A stretch of DNA of 50,940 nucleotides from a virus (taxonomy: Duplodnaviria > Caudoviricetes): the IMG/VR virus record IMGVR_UViG_3300042452_000717, positions 1 to 50,940 of that record. One strand, written 5' to 3'. Below the pieces are notes generated by a model. The model saw only the letters and a list, made by a program, of their open reading frames with translations, ran no database searches and had not been told where the DNA came from. The position numbers were made by a program, and so were the translations under genes. Shown in pieces: positions 8,356 to 18,300 of this stretch. Position 1 is the first letter of the stretch, and each line of letters opens with the position of its first letter.

Positions 8356-8923
8356 GACCACCCAACCCAAGACCGAACCGCCCCACCAGGGCGCTCAAGT
8401 CGCGTCCGAGCCCACCACGGCGACGACGGACCCCTCCCCGGCCTCCGAGGCCAAGACCGAAGGCATCGAGCCGGCGAAGGCGAAGGCGAAGAAGAGCCAG
8501 AACCCAGCCGCCGAGCTCTTGCTCAAGAAGATCAAGCGCGACGCGCAGAAGAAGCGCGAGGAGTTCGAGCAGGACGCCGAGGAGAACATTCACTTCCTCA
8601 AGTGCCCGCGCATCGCGGGTCACCACGCGGCCTACCTCACCGGCCCGTACGAGGGCGAGATCCGGCCCGACCAGTGGTACTCGCTCATCAAGCCGCAGGA
8701 GAGCTCGGTCTGGACGCGCGACCACATCCCTTGCCAGGAGTGCTACCTGGAAGGCGACCAACGCCCGTGGGCGGTTCACTTGCTGCCGAAGCGCAGCGAG
8801 GACGGGTCTTTCAGCTTCCGCGTCAACGTCAAGCGCGAATACGTGCTCGGCTCGTGCAGCCGGGAAGAGTTCGAGGAGCGCCGCGGCTCCATCAACGAGT
8901 CCATCGGGGAGAAGGTGATCTGA
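8348..8923 (+). CDS. Hypothetical protein (191 aa), possible Zn-binding C-terminal domain
   Basis: Overlaps the portal end; KCP...GHH...CQEC motif. Confidence 0.75.
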   Translation: MAKTTQPKTEPPHQGAQVASEPTTATTDPSPASEAKTEGIEPAKAKAKKSQNPAAELLLKKIKRDAQKKREEFEQDAEENIHFLKCPRIAGHHAAYLTGPYEGEIRPDQWYSLIKPQESSVWTRDHIPCQECYLEGDQRPWAVHLLPKRSEDGSFSFRVNVKREYVLGSCSREEFEERRGSINESIGEKVI

Positions 8924-8926
8924 GCC

Positions 8927-9940
8927 ATGAGCGAACGAATCGAAATCCAACCCAACGGCGGCGCTCCGGCGGAACGCCCCAGCCCGTTCGAGGCCCTGCG
9001 CGCGATGCGCAACGGTGGCGATCCCGCCGCCGCTGGCGGAGCTCCGCAGCCGAGCAAGCTGGCGCAACTCATCGAGCAGCGCCAAGCCCAGCCGACCGCG
9101 GCCGACCCTGCGCGCCAGCGGCTCGACGAACCGCCCGCGGCTCCGGCGCCGGCCGCGCCCGCGGCTCCGCAGCGTCACAAGGTCAAGTTCCGGCACCAGG
9201 ACGTGGAGCTCGACGAGGCCGATCTGGTCAAGTACGCCCAGAAAGGCATGTCGGCCGCCAAGCTCGAGGAGCAGCGGCAGAAGTTCGAGCAGGAGAAGCG
9301 CGACCTCGAGGCCCGCGTCGGGATCGTGCAGAACCTCGAGCGCTTGGCGCAGGTCGACCCGGCCCGGTATCAGGCCGTGATCGACGCCATGCACGGCCGC
9401 GCGCCGCAACGCGGACTGGCCGACGATGGTGTCCAGGATTTGGACGAACCGATCTTGACTGGCAACCGTGGGGCGCCTAACGTGAACACAGCCATGGAGC
9501 AGCGAATCGCTGCCCTCGAGGCGCAGCTCCAACAGACTGCGCAGACCTTCCACCAGAAGGACTACGAAACGAGGGCCAGCCAAGCGCTCAGCTCCCAGGC
9601 GTACATCCGGCAGAACCCCGAAGCTGGGGAAGTGGCTCGAAGCCTTCTGGACGCTGCGCTCGCCGCCCGCGAGTTCGACACGCCGGAAGAGGCTGCACCG
9701 ATCATCGCGGCGAAAGTCCGCAGGATCGCCGAGGCCCACATGGAATCGGAGCGCAAGGCCCGTCAGTCGGCCCAGGACGCATCCATGCCGCGTACGCCGA
9801 GCGGGTCTCCGAACATCCCTCGGATCGACCCCAAGAACCTGACGCGCGAGGCGCGCAGGAATGGCACGTCGACCAAAGCCCTCCAAGGGCTGGTCAACGC
9901 CTTCCGCCAGCAGTTCAGCGGGACCAACCAACTCCTCTAG
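8927..9940 (+). CDS. Capsid scaffolding protein
   Basis: Directly upstream of the capsid gene; Pro/Ala-rich N-terminus, HKVKFRHQDVELDEADLVKYAQKG motif, coiled coils. Confidence 0.8.
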   Translation: MSERIEIQPNGGAPAERPSPFEALRAMRNGGDPAAAGGAPQPSKLAQLIEQRQAQPTAADPARQRLDEPPAAPAPAAPAAPQRHKVKFRHQDVELDEADLVKYAQKGMSAAKLEEQRQKFEQEKRDLEARVGIVQNLERLAQVDPARYQAVIDAMHGRAPQRGLADDGVQDLDEPILTGNRGAPNVNTAMEQRIAALEAQLQQTAQTFHQKDYETRASQALSSQAYIRQNPEAGEVARSLLDAALAAREFDTPEEAAPIIAAKVRRIAEAHMESERKARQSAQDASMPRTPSGSPNIPRIDPKNLTREARRNGTSTKALQGLVNAFRQQFSGTNQLL

Positions 9941-9995
9941 GCGGCTACCGATCTAGCGACGGTGGCTGCCACGACCACCAACCTCACCTACGACA

Positions 9996-11513
9996 ATGGC
10001 AGCCACCGACGCCGGACTTGGCCTGGGCTTTTCAAGCTCTTCGGCACAAGCCTCCTTCCTGCACTTCCTCACGCGGGATTACGTCTCGAACGTGATCCAC
10101 GACACGCGCAACAACAACGCGCGCATCCTCTCCCTGATCCCCGAGAACACGAAGTACGTCGGGGGTCGCCACATCCGCGAGCGCGCGATGTACGGCCGCA
10201 ACCCGCGGCAGTTCAACGCGGTCGGCGACAACGGCAACTTCCCCGATCCGGGCCAGCGGCGCATGGCGTGGTACGCCTACCGTGGCCGCCAGCAGTTCGG
10301 GCGGTTCATCCTCGACGGCAAGCTGGTCCGCGCCATGTCAAACGGCGCTGGCGACGTGTCGGCGATGGAGATGGAGATCCAGCAGTTCCTCGACGACTAC
10401 GAGCTCGACCGCGCGCGGATGCTGTACAGCGACGGCTCGGGCCGCCTGTGCGAGGCCGCGGGGGCGGGCACTGCGGCCTCGGTGGACGTGCCGATCAACT
10501 TGCAGATCAACCAGGACATCGCTACGGGCCTGAGCGCTCCGGGCGCGAGCGCGACGGGCATGGCGAACGAGCCGCCGACCCGCTGGCTGACGCCGGGGAT
10601 GCGCGTGTTGTTCGTGACGAACGTGGGCGTGCCGAAGTGCATCGCCAACGTGGTCTCCATCACGGACGCCGACACGGCGGTTTTCACCGTGCTCTCCTTC
10701 AACGCGGCGGCGTTCACGGACTTCTCGAGCCTCGCTGCGGGCGACTGGATCGTCAAGACCGGCTCGACCGACAACTCGAGCGTGGAGCGTATGCGCCAGA
10801 ACAGCGCGTACCGCTCCGAGCCGATGGGCCTCATGGGCATCCTCGGGTACGGCGGTCCGATGGACGGCACCGGCCGCGCCGCGGAAGTCGGGGCGACGTT
10901 CGCCTCCGAAGTCGAAGGCACGGACAACGGTGCGTTCCAGTGGGGCGGCACCGACGACCGGCTCGGGGCCGACAGCCGCTACTTCCAGGGCCTCGCCTGC
11001 ATCCCGACCGGCCTGGGCTGGAACAGCGATCTCGTGTTTAACCAGGGCGTGGTCAACCACAACGGCGGCTCCGTCCGCACCCCCTCCGAGAACCTGCTCA
11101 TGCAGATCATCGACGAGGTGGAAGAGCGCAACAGCGCCGAGATCATGGTGTGGCTCTCGAGCTACGCGGCGAAGCGCGTCTACTCGAGCCAGCTCACCGG
11201 CGAGAAGCGCTACGTCAACACGACGACGCTGCCGGGCGGCTGGAACCGCCTCATGGTCGGCCCCGGCGGCATCCCGTGGCTGGTCGACCGCCTGTTCCCC
11301 AAGAACAACATCCTGGGGCTCTCGCTCGAGCAGGGCGGCTTCACGAACTGGCTGACCGAGCCGCTCTCGTGGGCCACCGAGCAGGGCGCGAACATCTGGC
11401 AGTACCTCCAGGACATGGACCGCTACCAAGCGCGCACCGTCGAGGAGAGCACGCTGGGCGTCGGCGTCCGCGATCGTTGCGGCGTCCGCATCATGGACAT
11501 CGAAGAGAGCTGA
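9996..11513 (+). CDS. Major capsid protein (505 aa)
   Basis: Position after the scaffold; pattern DDYELDRARMLYSDGSG...EPMGLMGI...GGIPWLVDRLFP resembles HK97-fold capsids. Confidence 0.85.
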   Translation: MAATDAGLGLGFSSSSAQASFLHFLTRDYVSNVIHDTRNNNARILSLIPENTKYVGGRHIRERAMYGRNPRQFNAVGDNGNFPDPGQRRMAWYAYRGRQQFGRFILDGKLVRAMSNGAGDVSAMEMEIQQFLDDYELDRARMLYSDGSGRLCEAAGAGTAASVDVPINLQINQDIATGLSAPGASATGMANEPPTRWLTPGMRVLFVTNVGVPKCIANVVSITDADTAVFTVLSFNAAAFTDFSSLAAGDWIVKTGSTDNSSVERMRQNSAYRSEPMGLMGILGYGGPMDGTGRAAEVGATFASEVEGTDNGAFQWGGTDDRLGADSRYFQGLACIPTGLGWNSDLVFNQGVVNHNGGSVRTPSENLLMQIIDEVEERNSAEIMVWLSSYAAKRVYSSQLTGEKRYVNTTTLPGGWNRLMVGPGGIPWLVDRLFPKNNILGLSLEQGGFTNWLTEPLSWATEQGANIWQYLQDMDRYQARTVEESTLGVGVRDRCGVRIMDIEES

Positions 11514-11625
11514 TCGCTCTCGTCGCCTGAGTGAGACAAAGGCGTGCCGGAGCCGCGGGGCAGCCGGCACGCCCATCCAAGCCCCGCGTGAGTAGCCGAG
11601 TGGCATCCGGCCCAAGAGAGCAGTC

Positions 11626-12921
11626 ATGTCCGGCATCCGCCTCAAGAACCTCGCCCCCACCAGCCTTCTCGGTCGCGCGTTCCACTACGGCACGGAAGTC
11701 CTGTGCCCGCCGGGTGACCCGCAGCACATCTGCCTGTTCCAGGCGCTGGCAAGCAACACCGCGAACGGAAATCTGACGCTGAATCCGGCGTTCGTCGCGC
11801 GCGGCCAAGTGCTGCCGTGGCCGCAGCAAATCAGCATCGTGCTGGAGAACAACCGCACGGCCCCCACCGGACGGCCGGGCGCGGTGCAAGCGACGCCGAA
11901 CGTTTCGGGTGTCGGCAACTCATTTCCGATCACGGTCAGCGGTTTCCTCAACGGCAAGCCGCAGTCGGAGACGTTGACCGTCAACATCGGCACGCTTCTC
12001 CAGCCGGCCAGCATTCAGCTCTCCCACGTCCGCACGTCGCGCTTCTACGACCGAATCACGTCGATCAGCCACGGGACCAAGGCGGGAACCTGGGGGACGC
12101 TCAACTCTCTCCAGATCGGAGTCGGCACCGGGATCGCGCTGCTTGGTGAAGCTCCCGCGCAGGTGACGCGCGTGCTGTCCCCGATTCGCCCGAGCCTGCC
12201 GAGTCAGATCCGCGCGCTGCTGTTCCCGGACTCGGGCGAGGGCAACGTCCAGGGCACCGGCGTCAACGACTTCCAGTTCGACAACGCCGTCGGCTCCATG
12301 TCTATTCCGGGCCGCGCGCGCGCCTTCGACGTGTCGCTCGGCGCCTGCGCGGTCACGAGCACGACCGCGGATCGGTCTGTAGCCCTCACCGCGCACGGGC
12401 TGCGCAAGGGCGACGTGGTGCGAGTGCGGCCGCTGGACAACGGCCTGCCGACCGGGCTTTCGCTGAACACGAACTACTACGTGCAGCCCGGCGTCGACGC
12501 CAACAGCTTCCGCCTTGCGGCGGACGCGACGGCGCGCACGGCCACGGCCACGGCCAGCACCGATCGGGTGGGCTTGACCAATCACGGCATCACGGCTGGA
12601 ACGCCGCTCTTGCTGCAACCCGCAAACGTCGGCAGTGTCTTGCAGGCGCTCCCGGCCGTTTCGGGCATCGCGCTGTCCACGTCTGCGATCTACTTCGCCC
12701 TGGCTGTGGACGCGAACAACATTCAGATCGAGCGCACCGTCGGCGGCGGCGCCGTGGATTTCACGGCCGACTCGACCGGCATGGGCGTTGTTGTGTTGGC
12801 GGCGCTCGGCACCGGCGGCAACTTCGCCACCGGCGAGACGATCGAAGTGCTGCGCCCGCGCGCGACGTGGGAGTATGCCCGCTTGGTCTACGAGGACGGC
12901 CAGAACGTCGAGCGCATCTAA
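11626..12921 (+). CDS. Virion structural/decoration protein with two HG(L/I)xxG (FCCH-like) modules
   Basis: TAHGLRKGDVV...NYYVQPGVDANSFRLA and TNHGITAGTPL...YFALAVDANNIQI; G/T/A-rich beta composition. Confidence 0.7.
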   Translation: MSGIRLKNLAPTSLLGRAFHYGTEVLCPPGDPQHICLFQALASNTANGNLTLNPAFVARGQVLPWPQQISIVLENNRTAPTGRPGAVQATPNVSGVGNSFPITVSGFLNGKPQSETLTVNIGTLLQPASIQLSHVRTSRFYDRITSISHGTKAGTWGTLNSLQIGVGTGIALLGEAPAQVTRVLSPIRPSLPSQIRALLFPDSGEGNVQGTGVNDFQFDNAVGSMSIPGRARAFDVSLGACAVTSTTADRSVALTAHGLRKGDVVRVRPLDNGLPTGLSLNTNYYVQPGVDANSFRLAADATARTATATASTDRVGLTNHGITAGTPLLLQPANVGSVLQALPAVSGIALSTSAIYFALAVDANNIQIERTVGGGAVDFTADSTGMGVVVLAALGTGGNFATGETIEVLRPRATWEYARLVYEDGQNVERI

Positions 12922-13442
12922 TGGCCGACGAGCTCCAGGTCGAAGTGGGGCGCGTTCGGGAAGTCCCGACGTGCCCCGACAACATCCAGGTCGGTCTGCG
13001 CGACTTCGACTCGCGCTTGCGGTGCGTGTTCAACACACGCCGGTCGGTCTGGGAGGTCCAGGAGCAGCTCAAGAGCTCCGGGAAGTGGTCGCATGTGTTC
13101 TTCTGGCATGACGGCCCGTGGAACGCGCCCGTGTACCGCCCGCTGCCGTTCACGGCGGAGCCGCTGATCGCACGTCTGCGCGAGATCGACCTCCAGCGTT
13201 CGGGGACCGGCCTCCGCCAGTTCAACGACCTGCTGGAAGCGGAGGGCGCCGAGAAGCGCGCGCGTCTGACCGTGGCCGCTCGAGCGGAGCGCGCGAAGAA
13301 GCTGGAGGGCTACCTCCAGTGGATGCGCCGCCGTCTGCCGACGGTGCTGCGCCGGTTCGAGCTTGGCGGCCGTCCCCGCCTGGACGCGATGCAAGAGCGC
13401 CAGCAAGCGCTGAACGATCTTTCCTTGCGCCCGCGTCCATAA
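12921..13442 (+). CDS. Hypothetical protein (173 aa)
   Basis: ATG at 12921 overlaps the upstream TAA; MADELQVEVGRV... Confidence 0.75.
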   Translation: MADELQVEVGRVREVPTCPDNIQVGLRDFDSRLRCVFNTRRSVWEVQEQLKSSGKWSHVFFWHDGPWNAPVYRPLPFTAEPLIARLREIDLQRSGTGLRQFNDLLEAEGAEKRARLTVAARAERAKKLEGYLQWMRRRLPTVLRRFELGGRPRLDAMQERQQALNDLSLRPRP

Positions 13443-13460
13443 AGGCGAGATTTTCCACAC

Positions 13461-13757
13461 ATGATGCAACTTTTTGCCCTCGTTGCGCTGCAAACCCCCG
13501 GAGATGCGGAATCCTGGGGAGTCATCGGCAAATTGCTTCCCGAAGGCGTATCTGTTGCCGCCGTGATCGCCGTGGTGATTCTGTTTCTGCGTCGGCAGAA
13601 GGAATCCCAGGACGAGTTCCAGGCGCAGCTCCGTGCGATGCAAACGGAGCAGCTCGAGCGCGACAAGCTGTTCGTGTCGGCGATGAATCGGCTGGCCGAC
13701 AAGATCGACGAACTGGGCTCCTCGCGGGTCAACGGGACCGCGCGCCGCGGAGCATGA
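13461..13757 (+). CDS. Membrane protein with TM helix and coiled coil; holin-like candidate
   Basis: GVSVAAVIAVVILFL followed by RRQK and a heptad-rich tail. Confidence 0.55.
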   Translation: MMQLFALVALQTPGDAESWGVIGKLLPEGVSVAAVIAVVILFLRRQKESQDEFQAQLRAMQTEQLERDKLFVSAMNRLADKIDELGSSRVNGTARRGA

Positions 13758-13760
13758 TCC

Positions 13761-14723
13761 ATGCGCCTCTCGAAAGCCATCGAGGCGGTACGGGAGGTTC
13801 TCCAGGCTCCCGACTCGACTCAGTGGGACGACAAGCAGATCGTCCAGCACATCAACCGGCACATCATGTCGCTCGCGCGGCGCATGGCGGAGGTTGACGA
13901 GGGCTACCTGAACGCGAGCTTCGTGCTGCCCAAGACGGCGGCGCGCAAGGTGAAGGCCGACGTGTGGGACTACACGCTCCCGCCGTGGGTTGAGCGGATC
14001 GCGGAGGTTCGGCGCGCGGGTTCGCCGACGGATCCCACGGGCGCCGCGCGCGACGCGGTGGTCCCGGTGGTGGGCAAGCTCGGGTCCAACGGCTGGACGA
14101 CCCAGGGGCGCAGCCTGCGCCTCGTGACGAGCATTGACCCGATCGACCTGGAGGTCGGTGTCTCCAAGACCCCGGCCGCCCTGACAAAAGGCACGCTGCC
14201 GACCCAGGCAAACCTCCCGGCGTCTCCGGCGGGCGCGTACCTACGCCTGGACGCGGACACGAGCGCGGACGCACTGGTCTACCCGCACGAGACGCTGGCC
14301 GGCGCGTACATCAACGCGATCGTGGAGATCACGGGCAACTCGGCGCGGGCGGGCCAGCTTCTCACGGTGGTCGGCTCGACGCACTTCCAGAACGAAGCGG
14401 GAACGCTCTACACGGTGCTCCAGCTTGAGAGCGCGTGGGCGGCCGCTCCGCAGGCGGGCGACACCTACGAACTGCGCAGCGAGATCCCCGAGCAGCACAT
14501 GCAACTCGTGGTGCTTCTCGCGGCTCATTCGCTGTGGGCGACGCGCGGGCAGTACGAACAGCAGAAGGCTAACGCTCAGTTGCTCCAGGAGGAGATGTCG
14601 GCTTTCATGCGGCACATCACGCCGCGGCAGGTCCAGCAGCCGTACTATCTGCGCAGAACGATCCTGCCCCCGGCGTCGACGCTGATGCGCGGCGAGGACT
14701 CGTACAACACCCTTTGGAAGTGA
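13761..14723 (+). CDS. Head-tail adaptor / tail tubular protein A-like, with beta insertion
   Basis: N-terminal VREVLQ...QWDDKQIVQHINR, DYTLP, C-terminal SEIPEQHMQLVVLLAA pattern typical of podophage adaptors. Confidence 0.72.
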   Translation: MRLSKAIEAVREVLQAPDSTQWDDKQIVQHINRHIMSLARRMAEVDEGYLNASFVLPKTAARKVKADVWDYTLPPWVERIAEVRRAGSPTDPTGAARDAVVPVVGKLGSNGWTTQGRSLRLVTSIDPIDLEVGVSKTPAALTKGTLPTQANLPASPAGAYLRLDADTSADALVYPHETLAGAYINAIVEITGNSARAGQLLTVVGSTHFQNEAGTLYTVLQLESAWAAAPQAGDTYELRSEIPEQHMQLVVLLAAHSLWATRGQYEQQKANAQLLQEEMSAFMRHITPRQVQQPYYLRRTILPPASTLMRGEDSYNTLWK

Positions 14724-14728
14724 CCCCA

Positions 14729-15328
14729 ATGTCGATCTACGAACGCGGCGCCAAGTGGATGCACCTGACCGGCGCGACGAACAACCTGCGCTGCATCCCC
14801 GGCGACGGCGCGGGCTCGCGCCTCGATGAAGCGGTGAACACCACGGTCGCGGCGTACACGACCAACGTGACCGACCAGAAGCGCCAGTGCGTGCTCACGG
14901 CGACGACCACGGTTGCGCCCGGCCAGCTCGCCATCACGTCGGACGGATTTTTCGGGACCGTCGTGTCGGTGAGCGGCGGGACTGGCGTTCTCACTGTGGA
15001 CCGCTGGCTGAGCACGCGGGCTGAGGGTCCGGCGATGCGCGGCCCGGCGGCGACGCAGACGATCCGGTTCTTCCCGGCGGGCTCGTGCTTGGCGGGTGCG
15101 CAGAAGGTGCGGCTCCTGCGCATGATCCCAACGAAGTCGATCACCGGGGCCGCGCTGTCGCACATCCTCGACTACCGCATGGCGACGGCGACGCCTGTGC
15201 TGCCCTACAACAGCGTCGTCGGCGAACTCGGCCCGGTCGACCTCGACATCCAGCTCGGCGGGCCGTTCGGGCTCATCACGGACACGATCGCTCGCTTCGA
15301 CTGCACCGTCACGTTCACGCTGAACTGA
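14729..15328 (+). CDS. Putative virion structural protein (199 aa)
   Basis: T/G-rich beta composition; between adaptor and nozzle genes. Confidence 0.65.
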   Translation: MSIYERGAKWMHLTGATNNLRCIPGDGAGSRLDEAVNTTVAAYTTNVTDQKRQCVLTATTTVAPGQLAITSDGFFGTVVSVSGGTGVLTVDRWLSTRAEGPAMRGPAATQTIRFFPAGSCLAGAQKVRLLRMIPTKSITGAALSHILDYRMATATPVLPYNSVVGELGPVDLDIQLGGPFGLITDTIARFDCTVTFTLN

Positions 15329-15335
15329 GAGCACC

Positions 15336-18300
15336 ATGCCGAACCAGCCGGGGCGGCGCCACTACCGGCGCTATCCGATCAAGCCCTTGGCGTTGGGCCT
15401 GAACGACGCGCTGAATCCGGCTCTGCTCCAGGACGGGCAGACGCCGGACTGCGAGAACGTCGACTTCGACCGCGAAAGCGTTTCGGGCTCGGGTGGCGCG
15501 GTGAAGTTCAACAACCAGCCGGCGCCGCACTCGGGCGTGCTGACCACGGTGTCGGAGGCTCCGCTGGGCGGCGTTCCATCGCGCGGCTATGTGTTCGTGC
15601 CGTACCGGCGCGAGCAAGACCTCGGCGGCGACTTCGCGCTCTCGGGGACGGCGCTCAACACGTCCACGCACGAGTTCCACGGCCGGCGCGGCAAGTCGTT
15701 CACGTTCTCGATCGGGTTCCGGCTGCCGATCGACGAGAAGCTCTACGCGCCGCAGGCTGGCTCGGGCGCACCGGCCTCGGCGTCGAGCGAGATCAACACC
15801 TACGACGAGGGGCTCGAGGAGTGCTCGCTGCTCGCGCAGAAGGGCGGCGATGCCTTCTCGCCGATGTCGTGGGCGCTGGGCATCGTCAACACGGGCGACC
15901 AGTTCGAGACGATCACGGGCGCCGCGGCGTTCGACCGGCCAAGCAACTATGCGCTGGTGTTCATGTGGTACGACGCTCCGGGCTGGGGTGCGTACGGCGG
16001 AAACCAGATGCGCTACCTCGTGGGCGCGGGCGGCGCGAACGTCGGATCGTCGGGCCGTCAGGCGACGATTGGGCTGCGCGCGATCATCGCCAAGGCGTTC
16101 ATCGAGCCTGGGCGCGACTACCAAGTCGCCGTGCGGCTGCGGCTGGACACGGGGACGCCGGGCGACGCGACGAGCTCGAACCCCACCGCGGCGTGGAACA
16201 GCGATGGCGCGTTCGAGATCGTGCTGCGCGACCAAGCGGGCACGGTGACGCGCTGCGCGACGAGCGGGACCGACCTGTTCTCGTGGAAAGGCCCGATCGA
16301 CAACTTCGACTACCTCACGCGCTACGGCGTGCGGTTCTCGGGGCGCGATCCGATGTTCCTCGGTCTCGGGATGCGCTTCGAGCCCTGGGCGGATCAGGGC
16401 TTCGCGCCGCTCGGGCTGGACTCGGCGCGCTTGGCTTCGGGCGGGCATCGCATGATCGACGTGTCGGCGAGCGGTCCCCCGGCCGCGTACCCCGCAGGCC
16501 AGACGTGCAACTACACGATCGGGGTGGCGCACCTCTCGATCAACCTCCAGGGGATGCATGGCAACGCGGCCAACGCGGCGGCGAACCTGCCGAACCCCTA
16601 CGACCCTCTGGACTTGGCGACCGCGGCCGGGCCTTGGCCTGGGCTTTTCAACGCTGGAACGGGAGCGATCCCGGACCAGGGGACGGCTGGCCAGTCCGAG
16701 GCTCTGCGCAACTGCTGGGTGGCGCTGTGGAACGGCGGCGGCGCGACGCCAACGGCCATTCGCGGCGGCCGGGTGCGAATTGGGCACTACGCGGAGGGCG
16801 GAGGAACGAACCGGCTCGTGCGCGCCGATGGGCTGGTGGCTGGGACCGGCTGGGCGACGAACGCGCCGTTCTTCGTCATCGTGTTCCGCTGGCGGCAGCG
16901 TCCGCTGGCGCTCTCGAGCTTTCGCATCTGGACCACGGCGCGAGACCTGACGACGGCGCGGGCGCGCTTCTCGCTGGCGTCGTACTCGCTCCCCGATGAC
17001 CTGACGGAGCCGGACATCTCCAGCCTCGTCGGCGAGTGGCCGATGGACGACGCGGGCGGCGGCGTGCTGCGCGATCGCGTGGCGGGCAACGATGCGTACC
17101 TCGCGCCCTACACGCTCGGCCGCGGCTCGGGCAAGCTGTTCCTGAGCGGCGAGGGCGAGGCGCTGACGCTCGACATGGAGGAGGACAGCGTTCTGCGGCG
17201 CGAGCTCGCGGAGATGCTGCGCTCCGGCTCGTCGGGGTTTGCCATCGAGTTCTCGTGTGTGATTCCGCAGGCGTACTACGGGCGCGAGGTCCTCGTTGGC
17301 GCGACGCAACGCCGCACGCAGGGCGCCCCCGTGCTGGCCTCCTGGGAGATTCGAGACGACACGCCTGCTTTGAGGGTGGCGGCTCGACCGATGCTGCGCC
17401 TCTCGAACGCGAGCGCCGTGCCGTTTGCGGCGGCATCCCATCCGTTCTTCTTCCCGCAGGGCTTCACGCTCGAGGTGGACACGCAGCCCGACAATGAAAC
17501 GGGCTCGCTGGCGGTCGCGGTGGAGCCTTGGTCGACCGGGCCGGTGGCGAACTTCTCGACCACGGCGGAGTGGGTCGGCGAGCGCATCCGCATCCAGATT
17601 GGCGTGCAGTCGACTGGCAACCCGGACGAGTACCGCGTCTACATGGCGGCGTCGCCCAAGAGCGTTCTTGCGCCGGCGGCGGGCGATCCGCCGAACGCGG
17701 AGTTCGCGTACTTCTCGACGCTGACGATCTCGCGCCGCGCCCTGCTCCGCTCGGTCGTGGTGATCGGCGGGGCGTGGCGGCCGGAGTCGCTGCGCGTCGG
17801 CGAGTTCAACGCGCGCATGATCGTCGAGGACGTGCGGGTGTTCGGCGTGGCCGCCCCTGGGGCGCTTCCGGCCGCAAGCGGCGGCGTCACTCCGGCGGGG
17901 ACGGGCAAGCTCTCGGGCGCCCGCGCGCTGCCTCCGGGCAAGCTCTCGCGGGCCGACCTGCTCAATCCGCTGAACGCGGCGGCGTCTGGCGTCAACGTCA
18001 CGCGCGAGTCTGCGTCGGTGGCGTCGGCTGGCGGCGTGCCGTTCTTTGCGAGCGAGCCGGAGGACACTCTCGACGCCGCGAAGGAGACGTTCGTGCGCGT
18101 GTCGCGCGACGAGCTCGAGGTGCGCCAGGAGGACACGGCCCCGGTCGTGCTCAACGAGTTCTACTACGCGCCGAGCGTCTCGGGCTCGACACTCACGCTC
18201 TCGCGGCCCTTCGACGGCCCGACGATGCGCAACGTCAGCGCGGCGAGCTTCCGCGTCATTGGCTACACGGCGTTCGACGACGACATCTCGCACATCACGG

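Noticed and set aside
11541-11573. Hairpin GGCGTGCCGG/CCGGCACGCC after the capsid gene as a terminator
   Set aside because: The 10-bp stem is real but has no U-tract; it could be a stability or processing element, so it was not called.
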